From the human T2T-CHM13v2.0 reference genome, Homo sapiens: a stretch of 64,000 bases of DNA. The notes beneath the pieces were generated by a model that was not told where the DNA came from, did no database searches, and saw only the letters and a program-made list of their open reading frames with translations. The stretch is from assembly GCF_009914755.1 (NCBI RefSeq), contig NC_060938.1. One strand, given 5' to 3'. Of this stretch, positions 43,546-57,479 are shown in pieces. Positions within the stretch are counted from its first letter, which is position 1. Each line of letters begins with the position of its first letter. Position numbers and translations under genes: made by a program.

Positions 43546-45611
43546 TGTTTACTTTTGTTAACCTTTGCATTTTTGGGTCATTATTATTGTGTTGTTTTCT
43601 TTATCCAGTTCACAAGAATGGATCAGTACCTCAGAAGTGGTTCTTTGAAGTATAAAAGGAGTGACAAAGATAAGAAAAACTACAGCTCAAAATAACATAA
43701 GCATAAATAGTGAAGGGAAACCCAGTGTCATTATAAAATGTGAATCTTAACATCCAGGGACCAGTTAATCTTTCAGGTTGATAATTTTAGTCAAGTCACA
43801 GAAAAAGAAAAATTGTAAATAGAAAGTATCATAATGACTTTCTGAAAATTGAATTTTACTTGGGAGGTGATTTATTTGTCCGTGGTCTCCAGTGCTTTCT
43901 CTTTTATGAAACTTTGTCAAATAGGGGCATAAAACCCCCAATGCTTTTGAGTCATTTTCAGACAGAGTACAGTGGCCTCTCCAGTAAACCAGTTGAGTCT
44001 TCCCAGATCAAGTACAAAATAGTGTTTTCCAGGGTGAAACTGACGAATTTTGTTACTAAGGGCCCAGAATATAGAACAAAACCTCAGAGGCATCATTCAT
44101 AGTTACATTCATCCTAGCAAAAGTAGATTTGCTGAGAAGTTTGCAACATCAACCTCCAAACTGATGGCAAACATATTCAAAAGGAAAGAGGAACAAGCTT
44201 TTGGCAAAATCGTTGATCAAATACTGCTGTTGCATGTGACGTAATATCAGGGGTATGCAATGTGGAAAGCAGTCATGCATGAATGAATATTTCACTTTAT
44301 AGTTTGTTGAATTCACTGTGTAGAATATGAATCAGTCCTTAGAATATGTGTAACACATGAGGGAGAAATGTTCAGTGACTTTCTGTAATCTTTGTCGTTG
44401 AAACCCTTCGCTTCAGGAGAGATTCTTTTTGTTGTTTATTTGGAAGGCACTGATAATGAACAAAAGGTTCCCAGACATTTCTAATGACAGGGCACCAGCT
44501 GAGTAGGCAGCAAGGAAGATGCCACTCTGCTAATGCTCATCCTCCCTCCACTTCTTCCACCAAGAGCAGGATGAAAACTCCATCACTGAATGTGTATTTT
44601 CCACTGGGCTGTGTAAATAGATTCTCAGCAATTAAATAGCTCAGCTTTTCTCCATTGAGTTGTGCTAGCTGTTGAGGAGACCTTTTTGGAATAAGGTATG
44701 AAATAAAATATTTCTTCATGGTCTTGATATGAGTAAAGACCATGTCTGTGATAATCAGTTGGCTTAGACAGATGGCATATTGCATAGGCTTTTCTCTTTT
44801 CAGACTGAATCTGTCTCTTCCTGGTCAATGACAGAAATAAGAAATAGAATTTTTTAAAACTGGATAATACTGCTGAGACTGGATCACTAAGATCTGACTG
44901 TTTACTAGCATGTATGATTTTCATCAAGGAAGCATAAATGTTGGGCATATGTAACAACTGGAGGTAAATATAAGCAATAAATGAATGAAGAATCTATTTC
45001 CCACTTCTCTTAATTCGAAACATTGCATCTCCCAGCCTTAAAGGATAACTTAGGTTTCCAATAAATTCCAAGCGAGGCGTTTAGTAAATTTTTCCATAAT
45101 ATCTGGGTTCATCCTTGGTGGAAATATCTGTACTCCTTAGTAGAACAAAACACTGCAACAGTTACCAACAGTCTGTACAGTGCATGAGTTGTGATTTTCT
45201 AATTGATGTAAATGAAAATATATTAATTAATTAGCTTAGATGTGGAACCAGAATATTACTCAAGCTAAATGTGTCATTGAACCCAAATGAAAGATTGTGC
45301 TGATATGGAATACTTAAAATTAATTTAAAAATATATTTTATCAATATTTTTCTAAAACATGTAAAACCATGTATGATAAACATGTAAAAATTATTAATTT
45401 TATAATTATCTATCTGCATGTCTACAATATGCCCATTAAGTGAATTCCTGGTTGGCAAAATTTGGAATATATGCCTTAAGGGTTGGAGAGTTGTTATTCT
45501 GGCCTGGTGTTTATGTGATTCTATACAGGCAAATTTTCTTTCTTTGGGAACTGTTTCTTCATCTATAAAAATGAGAATAGCCAGATAGTTTTACTAGTCA
45601 AAATAGCAATA

Positions 45612-45938
45612 CTACAACTCTCTGTCCACAGGTTCTGCATCTGCAGATCCAACAAACTGAGGATCACAAATATTTGGGAAAAATAACAATACAACAAAAA
45701 ATAATACAAATTTTGTATTGTATATCAATAAGCATAACAGCTATTAACATAGCATTGGCATTGTTTTAGATGTTGTAAGTAATCTAGAGATGATTTAAAG
45801 TATATGGGAGGATGTATTAATACATATATTATATGCAAATACTATACCAATTTATGTAAGAGACTTGAGCATCCTCAGATTTTGGTATCTGCAGGAGTCC
45901 TGGAACCAGTCCACCATGGACACTGAAAGATGACTGTA
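45612..45938. mobile_element. TcMar-Tigger MITE (Tigger3/MER7-like)
   Basis: ggttctgcatctgcagatccaacaaact...gtaatctagagatgatttaaagtat...gacttgagcatcctcagattttggtatc...gatgactgta. Confidence 0.85.
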
Positions 45939-45989
45939 GCTACTAAACTAATAGACTTTTCGAACTGCAGAGTGCCTTTGAATGCCATA

Positions 45990-46500
45990 GATCTTATAAA
46001 TCTTAAAGTTACAGGAGACTTCAGGAGTAATCTACTTTATCCTTCCTCTGCAAGCATGGATCTCCTCTGGAGTGCACCTGGTGCGTTCTCCATGTACTTT
46101 CTCTCATGGGGCAAACAGAGGTTGTAAAGTTTGCTATGACTTGACAAGAATAACAACTCCATTACTGGGCAACTTGGTACCATTTTCAACAGCTGTAACT
46201 GTTACAAGGTTTATATATTTACACTCAAATCTGATCCCCCTTCCCTTTAACCGTAACTTTTATACCTTGGTTTTGATTCTGTCCATCACAGCCAAACAGA
46301 AAAAGTCAACATTTTCTCTAATGTTAATAACTACTTAAGCTGCTAATCTTCCCCTAAGACATCACTTCCAGGGCAAGTTGCACTAATTCTTTCAACCCTT
46401 CCTCCTGTGTTTCCCATGTCCTTCTCCTTTCTGGCCTCTCCGAGCCTCTGCATTTGAGTGCTCTTCAGGACAAGCGTGGTCTACCAGTATTGATTAGAGT
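45990..46500 (-). mobile_element. L3/CR1 LINE fragment
   Basis: ccattttcaacagctgtaactgttacaagg...aaatctg...ttggttttgattctgtcc...aaacagaaaaagtc. Confidence 0.55.
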
Positions 46501-49500
46501 GATTTTTTTGTGTTGTTTCTCTGTTAAAAGCAGTGTTTACGGACGTAGGCCAACTGTGTACCAGGAAGTATGGGCTTGACGTGGTTATGCATTACTTTAT
46601 TTAACCCATATTACTTTGCAAATAGTTTTGATTATCTGTAGTACGCTGGGAAACTAAGACTCAAAAGTTAAGTAAATTGTTCAAGGTAATTTACCTAGGA
46701 AGTAGCAGCGCTGTGTCTCCTATCCCATTTAATTATTCCATCATACATTGACTTATATTGTGCAATTTTTCTCATACTTACTATCTTGGCCACGTTTCCT
46801 TTTTAGAATTTAAGAAATATTACATTCTTCTGAAAAACCTTTAAACTATACAGAAATATATAAGAAAAACCTTCTCCACCCCAGTAACCATGTGGTAGTG
46901 TGATACGAGAGTACCTTTTTACGTTGTTGGTCTACTGCTTACTTTCTGTACCTAAATAAAATACAGAGATACGAATGTGTACCTGTGTCTCTGAAAAGAT
47001 TGAGTTAATAAATATAATGGACCTGTAGAATTGTGTCTGGTACACAGCAAGTGCTCAAATGTTGCTATTATATGTACAAACACATACATAATGTGTGTAT
47101 GAAAATCAACATACACACACGGAATTCTTTCAAAACCAAAACAGGAATGGGAACAGTCTCTGTATACAATGCTTAAACTACTTTTATCACCCAAGATTTA
47201 TCGTGTATATTCTTCCGATTATTATTTCAGTCAACTGTAGTTTTTCTTTTTGTTGCTACAAAGTATACTCTATCCCCTTAATTTATTTAGCTGTCCCCTT
47301 ACGGATGGATGTTTAGGTTGTCTGCATGCTGTTAGAAATAGTGGTGCAGGGGACTGCTTGAGCATAGATCTTTATTCATGAGAGTTGATTGTCTGAACCT
47401 ACACATATAAATGTATATTTATCACTTTAAAAATGCCTTATCTTGTTACATTTGGCCTGTTTTTATAATGTAGTCATTGGGTAGATTTTGACCCTGTCAT
47501 CAGTGGATTCACTGTCTTTGGTATTGCTTCATTTTAAAAATTGTGATCAACCTACTTTCGTTAACATCTTGAAAATCATGGATTAACACAAGACAGAATT
47601 CTGTAGTTGCCACCAGAGGGCTCCTGTTATGTTGAAACTGATTTTATAGGTATAATCATTCACCCAGGTATAAATCTACTTTGGGTATTATCTTCTAACT
47701 ATATTTCTCCATTGTATGTATAGAAATGTCGAGACAGACCTTGTCAGATGCCTTCATGGAATCTTGTTAAGAAAGTAGTCATTTAGTGAGTAATCTTTGC
47801 TACCCAGTCTGGAAGGATGACACTATATTCTATATTTGGAGAAACTTGAAATATAAACGACAGATGTCTATACTTTGGAAAGTGTCTGAAAAATGTCTAA
47901 AAATGCCCACTGTTTTATTGCCAAGAGAAGGAAAAGTGTCAGTGCTATTTTGATTTTGTTAGGCTAGCTGCCACGTAACTGGCTCCAGTGTTGATGCTCC
48001 ATTTGGCAATTTTTTAGCAAGATCAGATTGAATATAATCAGTTAAACTATATTTTCAGAATATTTGGGTTGATTTAAACCATTAAAAGTAGTTGCCTAAA
48101 TGTGAAATACAGTCTAAAAATAATTTTCAGCGTCTACCATGCTGCTATTATGCAACGAACATGTCATATGAGCCGACCAAATATGTGGCTTCTTTGAGCA
48201 TAGTAAATAATGAGAACATTAAGTTTCGCGCACATTTTAATTTATTCTTTAACTTTTTAAGATCAAGGACTCTGAAGTGAGAGAATACAGATCATTATTC
48301 CCTTTTTTTTTTAATCTGAAAGAATTGAAGCACAGAGAATTAAAACAGCCCAGAAAAAGAAGCGATACATCCCGATCATCAGGAGAGTCAGGGAAAGCTT
48401 CACACAAGAGGTGGCTTACCGTTCTGCTGAGGGTGACTGTGAGAAGGAGCCTCCAGGCTGGCAGGGAGCCTTGGTGGAGAGGCACAGGAGAACATGGAGG
48501 GTTGGGAAGCAGAAGGAAGGCATGCAGGAGCATGGATGGGGAGGCTGACCTGAAGGGTGCCATGAGGAGGCCGGATCCTGGAGTCTTGAATTCCAGGCCC
48601 AGGAATTTGGCCTTGAATCTGCAACATGAGAAGCTGGTTGGGAGGTGTAGAGAAAAGGGGTGACTCTAATCAGGCTCAGGCACAGAGGAGACACCGAGAG
48701 GGCTGTTGCTGCTCCTTAGTATTCTGGGGCTTGGCTGTTGAAAACCCTCCCCGGGGGTTGCTGAATGCCATGAGAAGGGCAGTCCATGTGCTGCGGCTGC
48801 TCCTGCCATGCCACTTGTAGAGGATATCATGTTTCTTCTTAGGAAGTCTCAGGGAAGCAGGGTTAATGGTCATTTCAAAAAGTAAAATGCACATCTTCTC
48901 TCCCAGTTTGTGTCCAGTTTTGGTGTTTGTGTTTCCGTTGGGCCTTTCCCACAAAGGCTTGAGTACTGTTAACAGGTAATCCCTGTCATAGTGGTGCCGT
49001 GAATTGGCCATGGGATATAGATTATGTGATGCTCGGAAGTGTGTATTGGCTTCAAAAGATTGGTACAGGTCTCTTTTAGTTTCCAAACATTCACATATGA
49101 GAATTCTAAGCTTAAGGAATTAACGTCCACTAAAATTCAAGCGGTATTGAGCATTTACTCTGTGCCAGGCAGGGATGGGGTGGGAGAGAAGAAAAGTAAG
49201 GCCCTGTGCCCTGGGCATTAATGGTTCCCTCTTTCATTTAACATCCTTTACATATATCATGCATTTGCCCATCCACCCTCATCACATTGTTGGTTATTCT
49301 TATTTACATGTTTGTTAACATCAGTGTGAAAGCCTCTCCTCCCCCAGATAACGTTTTCCCTCCTATTTAAATCCTGCAGCCTCAGCATCCCCACCAAAGA
49401 CCACTTCCTCCTCCATTCAACTCTTCCAAGGTGCAGTCAGTTTAATTCAACGGATATTTCTGGGACTATTAGGTGCAGAGTCCCATGTGAGTATCTAAGG

Positions 49501-50249
49501 GACAAGAACTGTCCTTTGTAACCCCAGTACTGAGCATGCTCCAGGTGTGTCTCATGAACAAGGAAGGGCTTGTGTTCCCCTGAGGAGGCAATGTGGGAAT
49601 ACACACAAGGAATTACACAGCATTTGGGGCAGCAAGTGGCTGACAAAATGTGTGGCTCGTGTGTTCAGCTCTGTGGGAACTCAGGTTAGAGACTGAGAGT
49701 GACTGACACCAGGAGTGTGTCTCTCACTGCTCTGTCCCATCAATGTGTGCCCTGACTCAGTCACTGAATAAAGGATCACACATGCCTAGCATGCGTCATG
49801 CGAATCTTGATGTCACTGAAATATTTTTGAGGTGGGGAGAGCATTTTTGGGAGATCTGTTTGACTTTTGTGCACAGACTAGATCAGAGAAGTGTTTCACA
49901 CAGGGAGCAAGATCAGTGCTCTCTCGTGTTCTCTAAGGGGCAGAAGTCCCCTTTGCCTGTAGGTTTTGGAATGCCCTATCCTCCTTACTGAGGATGCTCC
50001 AAATGGGGCTGTATCCTCTCCCTCTGGTAATGCCATGTTTTCTGCCCAAACTTTGGCTTCAAGCTTATTTCCAAAAGCCATCGGCACTGGCTGGACCTGT
50101 GGAGCACTGCCTGATGCACTGACGGTTCCTACTGAGAGCTTGGGCCACACTGGAAACATTTCTATTTGTTGATGGGGGTGAGATTTCAGCCAGGTAAGTC
50201 AATACTAGAAGTTATATGGTGGCTTAGATGAGGTTTTCTAGAAGCAAAG

Positions 50250-50790
50250 TGTATTAGTTAGGGTTCTCTAATGGGACAGAACTAATAGGATAGATGAATA
50301 GATGAAAGGGAGTTTATTAGGGGAATTGACTCACATCATCACAAGGTGAAGTCCCACAATAGGCCATCTGCAAGCTGAGGAGCAAGGAAGCCAGTCTGAG
50401 TCCCAAAACCTCAAAAGTAAGGAAGCCGACAGTGCAGCCTTCAGTCTGTGACCAAATGCCATAGAGCCTCTGGCAAACCACTGATGTAAGTCCAAGAGTC
50501 CATAAGCTGAAGAACTCGGAGTCTGATGTTCGAGGGCAGGAAGCATGCGGCATGGTAGAAATATGAAGACTAGAAGACTCAGCAAGTCTCCTCATTCCAC
50601 TTTCTTCTGCCTGCATTATTCTAGCTGCACTGGCAGCTGATTAGATGGGCCCATCCAGATTGAGAGTGGGTCTGCCTCTCTCAATCCGCTGACTCAAATG
50701 TTAATCTCCTTTGGCGACACCCTCACAGGCACCCACCGAACAATACTTTGCATCCTTCAGTCAAGTTCACACTCAGTATTAACCATCACA
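50250..50790 (-). mobile_element. MLT2A (probably MLT2A2) solo LTR of HERV-L
   Basis: tgtattagttagggttctcta...gggacagaactaatagga...attaaccatcaca; 5-bp TSD caaag/gaaag with one mismatch. Confidence 0.9.
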
Positions 50791-50795
50791 GAAAG

Positions 50796-51165
50796 CCTGT
50801 GCAAGTGATTTACTGAAGAAGTACTGTCAGGAGAAACCAGGAAGGAGGTGAGGGAAGCAAGTGAGAGCAAGGGAAGAAGCTGGGAAAGAGTGCTCTTAGC
50901 CCAAGTCTAGCCTCAGCCTGACCCCCTGGGGAGCTCTGAGGCCACATAGCCACCCCACGTTGAGCAGGGGCTCAGCCCTCTTTCCTTGGTTCTGAGCTAC
51001 AGGCCGCCCCTGGGGGCACCATCTCCCAGGCATTTCTGGACTAAGTGGGCCAAAGAAAGTTCTCTGGAGAAGGGTTTGTCTGTGAGCTATTAGTAGCCAG
51101 CACTCAGCTGCTCACAGCGGGCAGCAGGAGCTCAGCCTGGGAGGGCCATCGGCAGAGGCTCCTTC
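50796..51165 (-). mobile_element. Older ERVL-class LTR (LTR33/LTR16-like), split by the MLT2A
   Basis: gtgcaagtgatttactga...caggagaaacc...gtctagcctcagcctgacccc...ggggagctctg; the other piece ggttttctagaagc lies just before 50250. Confidence 0.55.
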
Positions 51166-52610
51166 AGAGCCAAGTTGACATTGTTACTTCTTCTGCCTCC
51201 TTCCATTCACAGATGCAATTATCCTCCTAGGAAGATAGTAGCATAATATTTGTGTAGCACTTTGAACTTAAAAAGCCAAGCTTATTTTCTTATTTTATTT
51301 TATCCCTGCAACAATCCTGTAAGGCGAGCAGGGTAGTTGCTGAGTCTTTACAGTCAAGTGTTCTAGTACGCGAAGCTTAAATGACTTAAGATCAAGCAGC
51401 CGTAGTTTCTGCTGAGTATTCTGTTTGATCCTTGCAGCAGTTCGTTATTGTTACCCTGTTGGTTGATTGTTGTGATGCAGGGAGGTGGAGTGACACACTT
51501 GTGTGCTCATGGTTGGTATGTAGTGCACTTGTAATTGTGAGCCCCTGTTTGATTCCACACCCTGTTTCAGTCTCGTCATACCCTGCAGCCTCTGCAATTG
51601 GTAAGCAAAATCAAGTCCAAAACCCAAGTTTTTGACACGAACTACTCTTGGAAAGAGGCTGCTAAGCATAAATGTTGGGGGACATTACATCTAAAATGTT
51701 AGCTGTGCTAATTATTTAAAGCTAGCATAGCATAGCATATCAGGACAAGTTGTTAAAGCTTCACATCAAGAGTAGTCACTTGGGATGTTTTAGCTATTCA
51801 ATTTGTATTCATCTTGGATTCTTATCTAGATTGACATGACAGCTTGAGGTGCCAAACGTATACACCGTAATTCTTTTTTTTAATAGTGAAGCATAAATGG
51901 ATTATGATGTAGGACTTTGAGAATTGTTATTAGGTGAGTTTGACAATAGCACAGGGTAATAATGTCTCAGACACCTAGGATACTTGGGAGAATAGGGTAT
52001 TCTGCTTCAATAATTTGTTTGTTCAGCAAACACTGAATGCTCTCTGTACCAGAAATTGTGCAGTAAGGAGGTAACAATTCATAGTCAAGTAAATATAGTT
52101 GTCATAGCCTAGGGTAAGGGTGCTATAACAGTAGCCAGACTTGATAAAAAGGAGTTTAGGCCTTTAAAATTATTTTCATAGCTAATGGTAGCACACTCCT
52201 GTTTTAGAGTAATATTTCCCAAAGCAGAGGTGTTCCTATACCTTGTTCATCAATATCACAATGTCTTACTGGGACACCTGTTGTATGTAAACTACTGTAA
52301 CCCATTCTGTTACTTGCCAAATCAAGAAGCTTTGAAAGAAGTCTTAGAAAATATAGTTGTAAAGTTATTTATATAAAATCACATTTAACCTGTAATGTAT
52401 TGTAAGATGAGTGTTGGTGAAACACCTTCTTTGTCTGGGGAATAACCTGTGGTTTGTTGCCTTGAGCCAGGAAAGAATTCAGAACATGGACACATGGGTG
52501 GGTTAAGGAGCAGGAAGTTTAGTAGTGGAAAGGTGAGAGGAAGAGGAGAACAGCTTCTTGCAAGAGAGAGGAGATAGAGGGAGAGCGAGACGTCTGGAAA
52601 AAAGGAGGAT

Positions 52611-55574
52611 CAATAACAAGTTCTGAAATTGAGGCAGTAATTAATATCCTACCAACCAAAAAAAGCCCAGGACCAGATGGATTCACAGCCAAATTCTACC
52701 AGAGGTATAAAGAGGAGCTGGTACCATTCCTTCTGAAAGTATTCCGAACAATAGAAAAAGAGGGACTCCTCCCCAACTCATTCTATGAGGCCAGCATTAT
52801 CCTGATACCAAAACCTGGCAGAGACACAACAAAAAAGGAAAATTTCAGGCCAGTATCCCTGATGAACATCTATGTGAAAATCCTCAGTAAAATACTGGCA
52901 AACAGAATCCAGCAGCACATCAAAATCCACCATGATCAAGTCAGCTTCATCCCTGGGATGCAAGGCTGGTTCAACATATGCAAATCAATAAACGTAATCC
53001 ATCACATAAACAGAACCAATGACAAAAACCACATGATTGTCTCCGTAGATGCAGAAAAGGCCATCGATAAAATTCATCACCTCTTCATGCTAAAAACTCT
53101 CAATAAACTAGGTATTGATGGATGTATCTCAAAATAATAAGAGCTGTTTATGACAAACCCACAGCCAATGTCACACTGAATGGGCCAAAGCTGGAAGCAT
53201 TCCCTTTGAAAGCCAGCACAAGACAACGATGACTTCTCTCACCAGTCCTATTCAATATAGTATTGGAAGTTCTGTCCAGGGCAATCAGGCAAGATAAAGA
53301 AATAAAGCGTATTCAATTAGGAAAATAGGAAGTCACATTGCCTCTGTTTGCAGATGACATGATTGTATATTTAGAAAACCCCATGATTTCAGACCCAAAC
53401 TCCTTAAGGTGATAAGCAACTTCAGCAAAGTCTTAGGATACAAAATCAATGTGCAAAAATCAGAAGCATTCCTATACACCAATAACAGACAAACAGAGAG
53501 CCAAATCATGAGTGAACACCCATTCACAATTGCTGCTAAGAGAATAAAATACCTAGGAATACAACTTACAAGGGATGTGAATGATCTCTTCAAGGAGAAC
53601 TACAAACCACTGCTCAAGGAAATAAGAGTGGACACAAGCAAACGGAAAAACATTCCACGCTCATGGATAGGAAGACTCAATATCGTGAAAATGGCCATAC
53701 TGCCCAAAAGATTCAGTGCTATCCCCATCAAGCTACCAGTGACTTTCTTCACAGAATTGGGAAAAAAAACTACTTTAAATTTCATATGGAACAAAAAAAG
53801 AGCCCAGATAGCCAAGACAATTCTAAGCAAAAAGAACAAAGCTAGAGGCATCACACTACCTGACTTCAAACTATACTACAAGGCTACAATAACCAAGACA
53901 GGATGGTACTGGTACCAAAACAGATACATAGACCAATGAAACAGAACAGAAGCTTCAGAAATAATACCACACATCTACAACCATCTGATCTTTGACAAAC
54001 CTGACAAAAGCAATGGGGAAAGGATTTCCTACTTAATAAATGATGTTGGCCAGGCGTGGTGGCTCACGCCTGTAATCCCAACACTTTAGGAGGCCAAGGC
54101 AGGCAGATCACGAGGTCAAGAGATCAAGACCATCCTGGCCAACATGGTGAAACCCCGTCTCTACCAAATATACAAAAATTAGCTGGGCATGGTGGTGCAC
54201 ACCTGTAGTCCCAGCTATTCGGAAGGCTGGGGCAGGAGAATTGCTTGAACCTGGGAGGCAGAGGTTGTAGTGAGCTGAGATGCGCCACTGCACTCCAGCC
54301 TGGTGACAGAGCAAGACTCCATCTCAAAAAAAAAAAAAAAAATGGTGTTGGGAAAACTGGCTAGCCCTATGCAGAAAGCTGAAACTGGACCCCTTCCTTA
54401 AACCTTATACAAAAATTAACTCAAGCTGGACTAAAGACTTAAACATAAGACCTAAAACCATAAAAACCCTAGAAGAAAACCCAAGCAATACCATTCAGGG
54501 CATAGGCGTGGGCAAAGACTTCATGACTAAAACAACAAAAGCAATAGCAACAAAAGCCAAAATTGACAAATGGGATCTAAGTAAACTAAAGAGCTTCTGC
54601 ACAGCAAAGAAACTATCATCAGAGTGAACAGGCAACCTACAGAATGGGAGAAAATTTTTGCAATCTTTCCCGTCTGACAAAGGGCTAATATCCAGAATCT
54701 ACAAGGAACTTAAACAAATTTACAAGAAAAAAACAACCCTATCAAAAAGTGGGCGAAGGATATGAACAGACACTTCTCAAAAGAAGACATTTATGCAGCC
54801 AACAAATACGAAAAAATTTCCATTATCACTGGTCATCAGAGAAATGCAAATCAAAACCACAATGAGATACCATCTCACACCAGTTAGAGTGGCGACCATT
54901 ACAAAGTCAAGAAACAACAGATGCTGGAGAGGATGTGGAGTAATGGGAACGCTTTTACACTGTTGGTGGGAGTGTAAATTAGTTCAATCATTGTGAAAGA
55001 CAGTGTGGCAATTCCTCAAGGATCTAGAATCAGAAATACCATTTGACCCAGCAATCCCATTATTGGTTATATACCCAAAGGATTATAAGTCATTCTACTA
55101 TAAAGACACATGCACACATTTGTTTATTGCAGCACTATTTACAATAGCAAAGACTTGGAACCAACCCAAATGCCCATCAGTGATAGACTGTATAAAGAAA
55201 ATGTGGCACATATACACCATAGAATACTATGCAGCCATAGAAAAGGATGAATTCATGTCTTTTGCAGGGACATGAATGAAGCTGGAAACCATCATTCTCA
55301 GCAGACTAACACAGGAACAGAAAACCAAACACCACATATTCTCACTCATAAGTGGGAGTTGAACATTGAGAATGCATGGACACAGGGAGGGAAACATCAT
55401 GCACCAGGGCCTGTCGGGGTGGGGGTCTAGGGGAGGGATGGCATTAGGAGAAATACCTAATGTAGATGACAGGTTGATGGGTGCAGCAAACCACCATAGC
55501 ACATGTATGCCTATGTAACAAACCTGCATGTTGTGCACATGTATCCCAGAACCTAAAGTATAATTTTTTAAAAA
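52611..55574 (+). mobile_element. 5'-truncated L1PA7-like LINE-1 (RT to 3'UTR)
   Basis: ORF2 RT and C-terminal homology with stops and frameshifts; 3'UTR gtagatgacaggttgatgggtgcagcaaaccaccat...tatcccagaacctaaagtataa. Confidence 0.93.
54048..54342 (+). mobile_element. AluSc inserted in the L1PA7
   Basis: gatcacgaggtcaagagatcaagaccatcctggccaac and agcctggtgacagagc (Sc-type diagnostics); TSD aaatgatgtt/aaatggtgtt. Confidence 0.93.
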
Positions 55575-56076
55575 GTGGGGTTGGGGGAAGGTGGTGGACC
55601 ACAGCAGATTGTATAGGCAGGATGGAGGAGATAGTGTTTGATGTACGTAGGGCCCACAGATTGGTGTGATCAGGTGTGTCATTTACATAATGTGTGGGGA
55701 AGGCTGGCTGCCCCACTCTAATCTTATTATGCAAATGAATTATCCTTGGCTGGCACCATCTTGTCTGCTCCTTACTGTACATGTGGCTGGCAGAGAAGGG
55801 AAGATGGAGCCACCACCTTGAACATGGCTAGTCCCTAGTTCCTGCTGGCATTCACTCGTGCAAGCTCCCAGCTTGCTTGTCTATGCAGCTCAACTTTACA
55901 GGGTGCTCTTTGTTAGAAAATGATTTGGGGCTGCTTTTCATTAAAAAGAAAAGCCTTACTGAGGACTCCAGTACCCTTTCTTACTATCTGTCTAAGTAAT
56001 TTCATCTTAACTCCTGTGTCATCGGTGCTCATGATGGAGTCAGTTTAGGTTAGGCAAGACAAAAAATACCATTTAC

Positions 56077-56399
56077 ACTCAGGAGCAGTGGCTCATGCCT
56101 GTAATCCTAGCACTATGGGAGGCTGAGGCAGGAGGATCATTTGAGCCCAAGAGTTCGAGACCAGCCTGGACAACATAGTGAGACCCATCTCTCCAAAACA
56201 CAAATTAAAAAAAAATATTAGCTGGGCATGGTGGTGCACACTTGTAGTCCCAGCTACTCTGGAGGCTGAGGTGGGAGAAGGCAGAGGTGGGAGAATCTCT
56301 TGAACCTAAAAAGATTGAGGCAGCAGTGAGTTCTGATGGAACCACTGCATGCCAGCCTGGGCAAAGATCGAGACCCTGTCTCAAAAAAGAAAAAAAAAA
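56077..56399 (+). mobile_element. AluJ with an internal 16-nt duplication
   Basis: ggaggatcatttgagcccaagagttcgagacc (J-type); ggctgaggtgggagaa/ggcagaggtgggagaa duplication; TSD aaaaaataccatt on both sides. Confidence 0.9.
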
Positions 56400-57114
56400 T
56401 ACCATTAACTTCAAAGTAAAAATTAACTATAAATGTAAGAAGCCAGGTGTGAGTCTGAAGAAAGCATATATCCGGAAAATATTTATTGAATTCTTATTAA
56501 ATAAATTTTTTTATTTTAGAATTTTTTGCAAAGATTTTATGTGGAGATGAAGTCTGCTTTTCTTATTTAAGACGTAATTAGAAAATGCAAAACTTCAGTT
56601 TTCTTGGGAAGTAACTAATATGTAGAATAAATAAAATTCTGAGTTAACCTAGTGTAGATCCTCTTAAATAACAAAGGATTTTATTTGCAGGTAGATTTCA
56701 GACAGATTTCCTCTCCTCTACCCTGCATGCTCTGATTAATGTAGGTTACACCTTTTAAAGTGGCAGCTTTTTAGAATGTATGTAGGCTTCAGCGTGTAGG
56801 CTTCCATATTCAAATTCATATTAGTGTGTGCTACTGGAAGTTGCCAGCTGTCTAACTAGCTAGGTAGGATACCCTGCCTTATCGCATATTATTTGCTTTG
56901 ATAAACATTGAAGTTTATACTGTTATTTTTCTTTTCAATATGAATTTTAACGTTCATCTTTATTCTTAATGTTTGCCTGCTCATATATAAGGCTCTGTAT
57001 TAATAGTATATAGTGGGCATCAAGGGCAAGTAGGATATTATTTAACCAAAATTACCTTGATAACAAATAAGTATATTTTCTACTAAGTACCTGCCAGATC
57101 AGAGAAGAGTTAAG

Positions 57115-57300
57115 TTAATTGTGTATGTATGTGCTAGGAAATGTTCTAGGTATTGGAGATAAAAGTGTTGAACAACATAGAAGATGATCCTACCCCCTCA
57201 GAGCTTACAGTGTAATGTGGGCTGGCAGGAAGAAGTAAGTAAGTAAAATAAACAACAACTAGTTTCTTGTAAATGCTCTGAAGAAAATAAAATAAAATTA
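57115..57300 (-). mobile_element. L2 3' fragment
   Basis: tatgtgctaggaaatgttctaggtattggagata...ccctcagagcttacagtgtaatg. Confidence 0.6.
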
Positions 57301-57479
57301 GAGACAACTGGATTTGGGTGTTATTTAGTATTTGATGTTATTAGGAGCATAATTCGATGGTGAATTAAGTTTAAAATTGTTTAAATTATTAAAATTATTT
57401 AAGTTTAAAATTGTCATCAATTCAGGTGTACTGGACTTTCTCTTTCTATATATATATGTATCTATGTATATATTCATGT

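Larger units (their letters stand above)
52418..56021 (-). mobile_element. ERV1 solo LTR (LTR9/MER61 group), split by an L1 into 52418-52610 and 55575-56021
   Basis: Minus strand starts TGACACAGGAGTTAAGATGAAATTACTTAGACAGATAG and ends ...TTTCA; 4-bp TSD ttgg (52414-52417) / tcgg (56022-56025). Confidence 0.8.

Noticed and set aside
57360-57415. Repeated taagtttaaaattgt in an AT-rich tract
   Set aside because: Low-complexity local slippage with no further structure.
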